From Laetmonice hystrix (taxonomy: Eukaryota): 64,000 nucleotides of DNA. Both the position numbers and the translations under genes were made by a program. Position 1 is the stretch's first letter. Each line of letters starts with the position of its first letter. Of the stretch, positions 34,484 through 46,800 are shown piece after piece. The notes below the pieces were generated by a model. That model was not told the DNA's origin and did no database searches. It was given only the letters and a program-made list of their open reading frames with translations. The stretch spans positions 7,998,001 to 8,062,000 of the forward strand of contig OZ249441.1 of assembly GCA_965235115.1 (NCBI GenBank), in the 5' to 3' direction.

Positions 34484-37400
34484 ATGGCAACTACAAAGTG
34501 GTTGCTTATTATCGGCTTTATGATATATAACTGCGTGGTAGAGGGGCAACGCAATTCACCGACCGAGGAGGTCGCTGGTAAGTTACTTATTGTTAGTAGT
34601 GTGGCTACATGAACTTTAAATCTCTTCCCTGTTATAGCCATGACGCCATGGCCCGGTAGCTATATCTTAGTACTATGTGTTACTCTGTCTAGTTGTTTGA
34701 TTATAGAAGTCTGTATACCTGGGTCTATACGATCAGCTATACATTTTTACTTATTTAATTATCACAGCATCATTAAATTGAATGCTGAGAACACTATAAC
34801 TTATGTATATGATTTCATTTAATCGGCTAAGATCCATTTCATTATGGATGTCGGCCTACAGCCACTCGTGAATAATGTTCAGAAGTACGAAGATGTAAAT
34901 TTCCCGACTGGTTTTGGGGACTAATGTGTCCTAGCAGCGACAACATCGCTTGACCTTGACTTTTTAGAGACGATGTGGTTTTCATTAAGACAGATGGTAA
35001 ATTAATTGTTTGCTGTCAAGGGGCGCTCGAATATCCTCGGGTTATGGTGGGAAGCGAAGATATCCTCTGTCATGAGTGGCAAGAAGACCATAAACGTCAC
35101 GATCAACCTTTATGGACAAAATGTAATGTAGGCGTGGATAAATATTCGTCCAGTAAACTAAGCTACATTGTTGAAAATATTCCTATAGATTAGTTATCAA
35201 AAAAGGTGTGGTCTTACTGTTTGGAAGAGACTACAGTGTGCATTTTGTCACATTTCTAGTGTCTGACGTAGCTGTCATACTAATTGTATCTGCTAAAAAT
35301 GATTAGGGTTTCCATCCGCTTGTAGTTTTCTATAGAATAATTATAAAAGCTATAGGCGGAATTGTTGAAAACAGAAGGACAAAATGTGACTGTAAACACT
35401 TGTTTCATACAACTGTGTATCAATGTTGGCTATTGTTACCGGTTGTACGTTAGGTCTGACCGAGTTATGAGGTTCAATGCTATTAATACGGTCGTTTATC
35501 GCCGATAGGGGGCGTTAATAAGTGCGGAATGAATTCGCGTTCATAGATTATAACTTTTTATGGCATATATCATCCGGAAGTACCATCGAGGCGCTCTCCT
35601 ATTCTATACCGTAAATTTAACGGTTACTCGTTTGTCCTTTATGGTCCACTTGTCTGGGAAGTGGGTATTTATTCATGCTGAGACCTCCATTTCTGGAGAT
35701 ATTACGTCATGTGACGTTTTCCCTTAACTCATTTGAAGAATGGCAGGTATTCTGGTGCGGCATGATTTGAGTACTACCACACGGGACATGAAAAAATCAG
35801 CATATTTTCTGAGATCATTTATGAGCTGGCAGTCATCCCAAGTGATATCATTTGCAAGTTTAACCTTTATTTTAGGGGAAAGGGATTCCAGAGAAAGTGC
35901 CTCTAGTTTAACGATCCAGTATGGATGCATCTGGCGTAATTCAAATTTGGTATAGATGTACAGTAAGTCTCCAAGGTCGTAAGTTGGGGGGGGGCAAATC
36001 CTAAATTTTCCTCTGACCATCCCCGTACTTGCCTGGATTTACTGATTGTAGGCACTGAGTGTATTTGTAAACCTGTTTCCGCTGTATTCGTAAACCTGTT
36101 TCCGCTATATTTGTAGACCTGTTTCCGCTGTATTCGTAAACCTGTTTCCGCTATATTTGTAAACCTGTTTCCGCTGTATTTGTAAACCTGTTTGCGCTAT
36201 ATTTGTAAACCTGTTTCCGCTGTATTTATAAACCTGTTTCCGCTATATTTGTAAACCTGTTTCTGCTGTTTTTGTAACCTGTTTCCGCTGTATTTGTAAA
36301 CCTGATTCTGCTGCCTTTGTCAACCTGATTCTGCTGTCTTTGTAAGCCTGTTTCCGCTGTATTTGTAAACCTGTTTCCGCTGTATTCGTAAGCCTGTTTC
36401 CGCTGTATTCGTAAACCTGTTTCCGCTGTATTCGTAAACCTGTTTCCGCTGTATTCGTAAACCTGTTTCCGCTGTATTCGTAGACCTGTTTCCGCTGTAT
36501 TCGTAAACCTGTTTCCGCTGTATTCGTAAACCTGTTTCCGCTGTATTTGTAGGCCCTAAACCTGTTTCCGCTCTATTCGTAAACCTGTTTCCGCTGTATT
36601 CGTAAACCTGTTTCCACTGTATTCGTAAACCTGTTTCCGCTGTATTTGTAAACCTGTTTCCGCTGTATTTGTAAACCTGTAATTGTTTAAACCTGTTTGA
36701 TACAGAGACACGGATCGAGGACGCTTGTTACGGAGGGTATGTAGACATCAACTGTGACGACAAGCGGATTCAAGTGGTGAACGAGACGTACGGCCGACAC
36801 CCGGACGAACAGTGTGTGCCCAGCTTCAACGGCCGCGACTGCAGGTAAGGTCGTCACGAAATGGCTACAAAAAGCACGGTCCATTCTCAAACTTGTAGAA
36901 CATTGCAGCAGGGGGGCGGGGCGGAGGGCGAGGAATGAAACCATACCAGTAGTATTGGGAAATATATGGTGTACGTCCTGCCCGTCCCACCCAGTTCCGC
37001 CGCCGTTTTCATGGACTGTATGTTCTGCGAGTTGCACCCACTTGTCGTAAGCCTATTCACGCAGGTGATACCGTAATCCAAGTAGCGTTGTTTCTATATT
37101 TCTATTGTCCCATGTTCAATGAAATATCGCTTCATTCTGCATGTATTTCTTCACTTTATTTGATCATACTGTACAAAGAACTTCTTCTTTGTGTTGCAGT
37201 GTGCCGGGATCATTTTATAAAGCTCTATGTCATAATAAAACACGATGTCAACATCTTGGTGTCGGTTGGAGAAACATTAACGAACCTGGCTGCATCGATG
37301 TCTACACCAACTACGTGCACATCATATATCAGTGCCTGGTGGATGTGGGTAAGTGCTCACTATGAGAGGTCCGCCTTGTCTTCACATCAGGGTCCAGGTT

Positions 37401-40400
37401 TTCAAAAAGTATAAGGCCTTGCTAAATCTTAAAGCAATCATCGAGTATCTCTCATTTCAATATTTCTTCAAAATACAGACATGGCCTGTTAGGTTAGGTG
37501 TAGGCCTACGTGCATCAATAAATGTATACCCACAGAAATGTAAAAATCTAATGAAATTCAATATTCTTATGGCTGGTTGTTGACAAAATCTTTGACCTGG
37601 CATTGACTTGAACAGGTCATGTCTGCATTTTGGAGTCATTGAAATGAGACATATTCGATGATTGCTTTAAGCTCAGCGCTTCTTATTGGCCCTTTCCCTG
37701 TAACCAATCAGAGGTAATAAGCTTAAGGTCTGACGTTCCGAGGCCACTTGTCCTTATTTTAATCAATTTCAAAGGGCATCTGCTTTAATCCTCTGTCTTG
37801 GTGGTCCATTCCGAGATGTTTAATCAGTTGTACTGTTGTTGTCGAGGTGTCGGGAGTTTGTACAACCTGAGCACGGAAGGTAATACTAACCAAAAAAAAA
37901 GCGAGGCATCTTTACAAACAAACGTTAACTCTCGGCCACCAAAACAATGGACGGCCTCACTGGAGGTTTCTTATTGGAAGATTTTACTGGAGCCTTACTG
38001 GGATGGTTTTTCTCACACTGGGAGCAGAACTTTCTGGCTGCAACAGAAACAAATTCCTGCAGCACGTGTGCATACATTTTTGTAACACTTGACTAAAAGT
38101 ACTTTTAAAAACAAGAGTACTGTAACACTGGAAGAACCTAAAGGTGACTGCAAACGGAAGTAACGTTACTGTAACGTTAGGTCTGTCGTTACGTTGCTTT
38201 AACGTTGATGGTCATAACAGAACCACTAAATCGATCATTTCTTCCCAGTATTGCGAGGATTAAACGAGTACACATACTCTCGGACTACAGCAGTAACTTT
38301 AAGATGGGTGGTCGGAGATATCAGTCAGCTCGACCTGACAACTTATAAATATTCATAGCGGAGTCCTGTCACTTGATGACGCGGGCCTGTTGCCAAGTTT
38401 TGGGCTCTATTTGGGAGGGACGCCGATGTCTGGTGATGACAAACTGAATTTCTATTTGTGGCTAACTTATCGAGCACAGCATGGTCATAATAGGCAGGTT
38501 CAGCTTATGTATTTAAAGTAGAGTTCGTCTTGTTGTTTCTTTACTGCATCCCTCTGCTGATTGTTCTCCTGGTCTTATTTCTACATTGATGAAGGGAATC
38601 TGGATTGATTTTTCTCGAGAGAGAAGACGAAAAAGTTGTGACGTAGTAGGATCGGTAGCGAGTATAGTGCCAACGACAGGTAGCTGTATTTATGGTCTAG
38701 ATATATGACCTTTGCTCTTACTTAACCTGTGACGTTGGTTTAGGCTGAGCGCCTAGGACGTGGTACGTTAAACTGGATTCGTCCAACGTAGCTGCAGGGC
38801 GTGAGATCGAGAGTGCTCTGTGGTGCAACGACGGTTAACGACACCACCTGATGCTGCCCAAATTAATCAATTTGAAAAGTCATACTTGACAATGGGGGCT
38901 TCTTCATTAGTTTACACGATCCGATTCGACCAGCGCAGCCGGCTGCCAACATTATCTGTCCTGGCCAAAAAAAAGCCATTGCTCTTCAGTGAAGCGTACG
39001 ATTTATCAACAGACCAAAATGACGAATCAATGGCATAGACATTCTGTGGCTTCCCAGCTTGTGTGACCAAGAAATTAGATGTTTGAACATTTGTACAATG
39101 CCAGTGACTTTCTCAAACTTGAGAAGTGCTGACTCATGAGTTTTGTTAAGCAATGACTGGGTGTATCTAGACACACCTGGGTTAGGGAGTGCAGTATGTT
39201 GCGGAGTCCCCCTGTACCTGGCCTGCACTGGCTGGCTCGTGGTAGAACATGGGTGTGACCTTTTACATACAAGACAGATGACTGTTCGATTGGCATTGTC
39301 GTCGGTCATGTGACATTTTATGATTTAAATGACTCATTTTGACAATTTCACTTGGACTGAAGCGGAGGAAACCGTTATTGTCCTCTGACCTAGAAACATT
39401 TGACCTCGATATCTGATTTGACATATATTAAGAAAACTGGGTAGACTATCGCTCTCTCACACTTTACTTCTAACACTCCACTAATGAAATATGCCTTTCT
39501 CATTATTAAAATTGACTGCAGTTCATGACTTGTGCAACAAGGCAGCTGGACCCTGACTAGATTTGTTCTCCCTTCAGAGTTTCTCAGCCGTAATTCCGGG
39601 GTGGGGGGGGGGCCTAGGGGGCTAAGCCCCCCCCCCCCAAACATTTTCAGTGTTGCCTAATAATTATCCTACTTTACCAGGGAGAACCTAGCCCTCTCAA
39701 TAATATGATGAAAATTACGGGCCTGTTTGTGGATGTGTTTTTGATCCCAGATGATTGATCGCAGCGGCGGTCACATGGTTACAGTGGCCATGACAGTGGC
39801 AGTGCTTCCGGTACGACCTGCGCAGAGCTGATGCGCAGAACGCTGCTCCGTTTACGACTTCTGTTAATAGTAGGCCCTACTCTTCACGTGCCAAGGCAAA
39901 CTGATGTTTCAGCTCGTATACAAAACGTTCAACACATAAATACCTTTCCTAGCGTATACGTGGTTTATATCAATTGGATTTGAAACAAGCGACATAAAAA
40001 AAATGAAAAAAAGTTTACAGAATTTTCATAAATAGTTCACAGACAGTGGTGGGTGGAGTGCACTGCAGCGCCGGGGGCGTAGTGAGTTCTGGGAGTCTAC
40101 CTGACATGGGCGTCTGCCAAACCTGGCGTAGGGAGGGAGGGGGCTGACCGCCCCCTCCGACCCACACGACACTGGGGCAATCGACCTTTGAACGAATTGC
40201 CCATCCACCATCGTCACATGTTCTAACGGGTGCCCGGCTGGTCATACCGACAGCACGCTCACCATCAGGTCCCGCATCAGGACTTGTTTGTCCCTTCACG
40301 TCCGGAACAAACATGGAACCTAGCCAACTGTTTCAATTGGGACCAAACAAATTCGGTATCCCGGCATCAGCCGTACAATTCAGAAAAAATTATCATTTCA

Positions 40401-40837
40401 GGAAAAAAGATTTGACGAGAGAAAACATGTAATTTCAGAACGATAAAAGGTGTTCTTGGCGTCCGCACAGTAATAGTGCTCATTGGTAACTCCTGTTTAT
40501 TTGGTTAATTTTACATAGTTTGTGTTGAAGTCATTCCGGGCCATATTTGACAGAGGCCGTTCGCATGACGGTTACTAAGTAGTGTCATAATATTCTCATT
40601 ATTGTATAGTACACGCTATTGTCCGACTAACGCTTATTGTGGGAATCCGTTAAACGTATTGTAATATTTATGGGGGCAGATTGAGTTTAGACAAAGGATG
40701 TTTCGTGAGATACTCAGGAGTCTGGAATTATTATTTGGGTGCATCAATCAAAAGTAGGCCATAGGTGTGATAAAGAATGACTGATTTCAGTGTGTTTATT
40801 AGTCTAAATAATCGCACCTTTTTCTCTCTGTCTCTGA

Positions 40838-40875
<38 letters not shown>

Positions 40876-43800
40876 ATCTATCTCTCTCTCTCCGTTGTTT
40901 ATCCGTCAGTATGTCATATCTGTCGGCTCGCTTCTGGGCACACAAGAAGTCAGGACTCTCGTCCGACGAAAGCCCATGGAAACGACGGAAATAGCCTAAT
41001 ATGGGACAGCACAGGATACCATTATGGACATATAATATAATATACATAAGACTGCCATGGGACCTTTTCAGTCGTTAAAGTTGATTTATTGAAAAAAAAA
41101 AGAGATAGAAAAAGATTCGTTGATGTATTGGGATGAAAGAAGTGTCAGGACTTTTACCAATGGAGCTTAATTAAAGTAGGCCTCTCAAGTCCCCTCATGT
41201 TCTGCGGCGCATGTACTTGGTGCGAATGAGGCAGTCAGGGCGTAGCCTCATAGAAGGCCTGTACTCCTGCTCCGCCTATTAAAGGCATTCACTTAAGCAG
41301 GATAAGACGACATGGTAATGGGAGTGGGACTCTAGGTTTATAGTATGACTTCTCCCATCGGTAACGGTAAAGTAGTAATTCCAGCAGGCCCGTCAATTTC
41401 GGTAAAATGTTTAAAACTGAATCGGTGTAGACGGAAAGGAATGTGGGACAAGTGTGCCTGTCAGTGAAGGATGGAATCACGATCGAAGGGAAACATTTAA
41501 ATGTCCTCGTGGTACTCTGACACTAACCTCTGGGTCACTCTATTAAACTAGATCATTAAAACGGACTCCCTACGAGTACGAGAGCGGGCTAGCAAGGCAG
41601 TGTGGAATATCAAGTGGTATCAATTTTAAAAGGTTTTTAAAATGACGAAACACCTGTTGAGAACGTTTGTGAAATGTCAGGATTTGAATATCAACTCCAT
41701 CTAGCGGGAAACATACATACATACATACATGTATATGTTGTAAAGGGACCAAGATAAAGCAATCCATGTAAGATTTATCAATAATTGTAGCTCTGAAAGT
41801 ATTTTACCCAAAGTTCCTTCGTAATTTATTTATAATATAGCATGTCAGTGGATAAGTAAGCACGGCAAGGAAAGAAAGAGTTCCGTGGCCGTATTTTTGA
41901 CCATTGCGTCGAGATGAAGGGAGGGACAAAACGACGAGTAGGGCCTACCCAGTTTCTAAATGGGACCTAACAACCACCAATTGTAGTCGTTGTGTTGTGT
42001 GATTACAAGCCGTCGTTGTTGTTTCAGTCCCGACTCCCCCTCCAACGACGACGACTACAGCACCACCACCACCCCCGACCACCACACTTTCGGAAATCGA
42101 CCAGTTCTGTAACTCAAACTCGGATTGCCGCGATGAGTTCGCGATATGTGTTCTGCAACGCTGCAAGTGTCGGAACGCCTACTTCTACAAGAACAACAAA
42201 TGCAGTGAGTTTTTTTTTTTCATATTTATTTACATATTCATTATTTATTTATTTATTATTTCCTTTATCTTAAGCATCAGGTCAGTTGATATATTATACC
42301 TCAACCGTCACCTGTCAGTGGTTCTTTAAATTTAAGTGTCACCTATCGGGGGAGGTTTGCGTCAAGCATCACGGTCAGTTATTACCTATAATTAAGCATC
42401 ACCTGGCGTCTTGCAGTACCTCGTATCCCTCTGAACGACGCCTGTAGTGGTAACGACAAGTGTGCCGACGCCAACGCCCAGTGTACTCGCGGATTCTGTC
42501 GGTGTTCGGCTGGTTTCTACGAGGTAAACAACGTGTGCGGTAAGTCGTCCACATTCCATCCTGCTCGCTCGTCGACAGAAACATGTAACGGCACAACATC
42601 ATCGCCAGGGGCCAATCAAGCTTTTTTAGGAAGGGAGGGGGAGGATGAGTGAAATCTTATGCAATGTTTCCTGAATTCCCGATTATACAAATTTAGCAAT
42701 TAAATAAATATAACTGCACAAATGGACGTATAGATATCTACCTGCCAAGGCCGTGTCAGCCATAAGACAAAGGCTTTACCCGCTAGTGTATTTGTGTAGG
42801 TTCCTACTCTGTTTAAAACTTCTTCGATTGCTGAGTTTCAGGGAATAATTTAATGATCCAGTGTTTGTTAAACTATAAATATTCACTATTTCTTGCAACC
42901 CTGCTGGAATACATATCGTGAACCGCTGAGAAAACGTATTCCCACTGTGTCCTTTTATTCACTACTCTCTCCGAAGCTGATGGTAGCGTTTCTTTCATGA
43001 CACGCCTGTATGGGCCTCACATCTAACAGTACTTTTCGTCGAATGCTTACATTGGTGGTTGAAGCGACCCGTGGCATGTTGATCAGGTGGTTAAACCAAT
43101 AGTCCACCATTGGTATGCGGTCGATATGCAGACGACACGAGTGCCTCTCTATCAAAATATCAAACACCATGCCCACCGGCGGCTGTTCCATTACCGGGGC
43201 TGAAAAATATCGGATGGTTTTATAGTCTTGATTATGATGAGAGCCGCGGAAAGCATGTGGTCCCTGTCGACGTAACGGTGTGAGGCCGAAATACGTAACG
43301 AAATACCGACATTAGTGGCTGTAGGGGTGGGTGGGGGACCGGTACACTGCTGACCGACGCTGGTCACTGTCACACAGTCATACATCATTCCTAGCACGCC
43401 ACCTTTGATCTTTGCGACAGTGAGAAAGATCCCGCTGAACGAGCTCTGCCCCAATGGAAACAGGGACGAGTGTTTGGATCCGTACGCTGACTGTACCAGG
43501 GTCTCCAGCGGTCGTGCCAATCTCTTCTGTAAATGTAGACCGGCTTATTTTGAAAAGGATGGAAAATGTGGTAAGTATGACGACGTGTCTAAGGACTCGT
43601 GCTGACGTGTCTAAGGACTTGTGCTGACTAACGAAGTGTTCCATTATCTTTGCAATCAGCTACCGGACGGTTGGTATGTCCTTAGACGAATTCATAATTA
43701 GTTCACGGTGTCACTAAGGCTAAACATATTTGATCATTTCATTTGTTCAGTATTAAACACAGTCACGACAAAATAAAATAAGACAAATTAAATTAGCCCA

Positions 43801-46800
43801 CGAGTAATATTCTTCTTTATTGTCCTTTAAAGAAATGCAATTTTGTATTTGCGGAGGTAAAGTGAGCTGTGTATTAAACGTGGCCTAAGTGTGAGTTTGG
43901 TTGGTTGTGGTTGTTCTGATTGTTGTTGTGGTTGACAGTTCTGAAGATTCCCCTGGGGAGGGCGTGTGAAGAGCAGATAGACGTCTGTCAAGACTCGAAC
44001 GCTGAGTGTCGAGCCGGCGAGTGCAGGTGCCGGTCAGGCTACACCAACAACAACGACATCTGTGGTAAGTTGTGGGCAATGGACGAACAGTGGCACAGGC
44101 CTTCAACCTCAGCATGTGTCTCAGGCCTTCAACCTCCGCATGTGTCTCAGGCCTTCAACCTCAGCATGTGTCTGAACATGTGGCACAGGCCTTCAACTTC
44201 AGCATGTGTCTGAACATGTGGCACAGGCCTTTAACCTCAGCATGTGTCTGAACATGTGGCACAGGCCTTCAACCTCAGCATGTGTCCCAGGCCTTCAACC
44301 TCAGCATGTGTCTCAACATGTGGCACAGGCCTTCAACCTCAGCATGTGTCTCAACATGTGGCACAGGCCTTCAACCTCAGCATGTGTCTCAGGCCTTCAA
44401 CCTCAGCATGTGTCTCAACATGTGTCCCAGGCCTTCAACCTCAGCATGTGTCTCAACATGTGGCACAGGCCTTCAACCTCAGCATGTGTCTCAACATGTG
44501 GCACAGGCCTTCAACCTCAGCATGTGTCTCAACATGTGGCACAGGCCTTCAACCTCAGCATGTGTCTCAACATGTGGCACAGGCCTTCAACCTCAGCATG
44601 TGTCTGAAGATGATATATTGTTATAGACAGAACACGTCTAAAACCTCAGATATTAACTCATCATGGTCTATGTTGGTGCAAAATTGCGTTGGTATAAGCC
44701 TTGTTGATACAAGTCCGTTGATTATTTATAAAGGTGTGTTAATACAAGTCCTTGCATTGATTCAGTGGCGAAGATCCCGTTGAACCGGCCCTGTTCTGCC
44801 GGAGATCTCTGCCTTGACGATAACGCCGCCTGTACCGCCGGTCGCTGCCGTTGTACAGCCAACTACTACGACAGACAGAAGAAGTGCCGTAAGTCGTCCA
44901 AAACTATGTCAGGCCCAATAGAGGTGGAGGAATGAAAGGAGTTAAAATCATTGTTTGGATTCGTGAATTTTAAATATTTTGAAATGATACGCCGGGATGG
45001 CTTATAAAATCAGGTTCACTGAAGCTCAATGGTGGCTACTACATACTTCCTGCACAATAGGCACCCTGTAATACCCATATAGCAAGCTGAACAGGCGATG
45101 TTCTTATTGTTGTAGGAGCGAAGATTCCCTTGGACGAACGATGTGGGAAAGACGACGTCTGTGAGGATGACAATGCTGTTTGTACTCCGACCAATACTGG
45201 ACAGCGGTGTAAATGTGTGGAGACTCACTTCGCAAAGAAAGGCGTCTGTGGTAAGAAACAGTTTCATACCCTTCACTTGTGGAACCTTAGATAGATTCCG
45301 TCAATACGTCTGGCCAGTCGTGGCACCAGTGTCCACAGGCTAAACTGCGTTTGGATATAACTCTACGCTCATTGACCTCTAACTTTGGAGGAGTTTATGA
45401 CGTATGAAACCGTTATGGACGTTATTTTATGACGTTGCTTTGATGACGTTGTTTTATGACGTTGCTGTGATAACGTTGCCCTGATGACGTTGCAGTCCCA
45501 AAGATCCCGCTGTCCTTCCCATGTGAACGCGGTGACGTGTGTCGAACGCGGAACGCCGTCTGCCAAGACGACATCTGTAAATGTCTGTCGAATTTCTACC
45601 AGAGAAACGATGAATGCGGTAAGACCCTGGCATAAGAATAGCCCTACTTTAAAATTACGAATGGGACTAAATAATTTGGTGGGATTTTTGGAGCATCATT
45701 CCATCTTGAGATGATGCCCAAGTTTTGAGAACGCCTCTGGCTGGCTGTTTCACAAAGCGCCCCCTAACGGATGTTTCAGTGGGTACGATCCCGCTGTACC
45801 AGAAATGTGGGCCCCAAGACCGGTGCGAGGATCCCAAGGCTGACTGTAACGACACAACTGGAACTTGTCTCTGTATACCCTCCCACTTCGACAAGAAACT
45901 CATATGCGGTAAGGACTACATTTTGTGTTCCTGGGAAAATGTCTTCATACGCACACTAATAAAGCATGGTGATCATGAATATTTCTAAAGAAAGAGGACC
46001 CCCATGAAATGAATTATAGATTAAAAGTGCAACCGTTATGCAAATTTGGACCTGTTCAAAAATGTATAATATATTTGGATCTAGAAATGTAGAGGTTTAT
46101 ATTATTCGCTCCCTTGATATCGTTTTTTTATCTAATAGTTCCTAAAATACCGCTGAACGACTTCTGCGAGCGAGGAGATGTCTGTAAGGATGAGTTCGCT
46201 GAATGTAATCGGAGAGAGGATAAGTGTTTATGTAAGACGGGATACTTTGACCGAGGGATTCGCTGCCGTAAGTAGAATAAATGTCACTCTGCTAAACTAT
46301 AACGTCATCCACACAAACTTTTTTTTCTTAAAGTCGCCCGTTTTAATCCGTCTTATGCATTGGGTTCAGATCTTTGGTATATGAAGTTTTGATTCTTTAG
46401 AACGAACTCTAGGCACACACAAACTGTAACATTTGACTCTAGAGGGTTTCGGGGTATTTTAGGCCGTCTCTCAAAGTGAGAGTTTTGAAGAGACTTTCAG
46501 GGCGCCCCCTAGCGCGTAGTTTGAGTATTGATGTATGTGGACCATATCTCGTGCGCAGTGCGGCAGGCCGATATTCACCAGGAGTGTAGCAAAGATGACG
46601 ATTGCGCAGACTCGATGCTGGAGTGCAGAGACGGCACGTGCGAATGTCGTGCGACCTACTATGAAAAGGACAATACGTGCAGTTAGTATAAACCGCCGCC
46701 ATGTTGTCTTTTTATTTTCCCATCCCTTTTTTCTGTTTCGACAAGTTACCCTGACACCACACGAAGGGGCGGTGGTCTACTGGATGAACCCCCTCCTCCC

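Noticed and set aside
36995-37018. Possible micro-exon (cccag|T TCC GCC GCC GTT TTC ATG GAC T|gtatgt) between the SUEL exons
   Set aside because: Its phases (2 to 1) would break the frame, and the two SUEL exons already join in frame with complete Cys spacing.
38900-39600. Minus-strand fragments resembling a hAT/zinc-finger transposase (VICLVCK, YPVFLIYVKSD)
   Set aside because: The resemblance is limited to a few residues, is broken by stops, and no termini were found.
40043-40110. DSGGWSALQRR after an AG, resembling the fibrinogen-domain GGWTVIQRR motif
   Set aside because: A stop follows within ten codons, with no donor and no further fibrinogen motifs.
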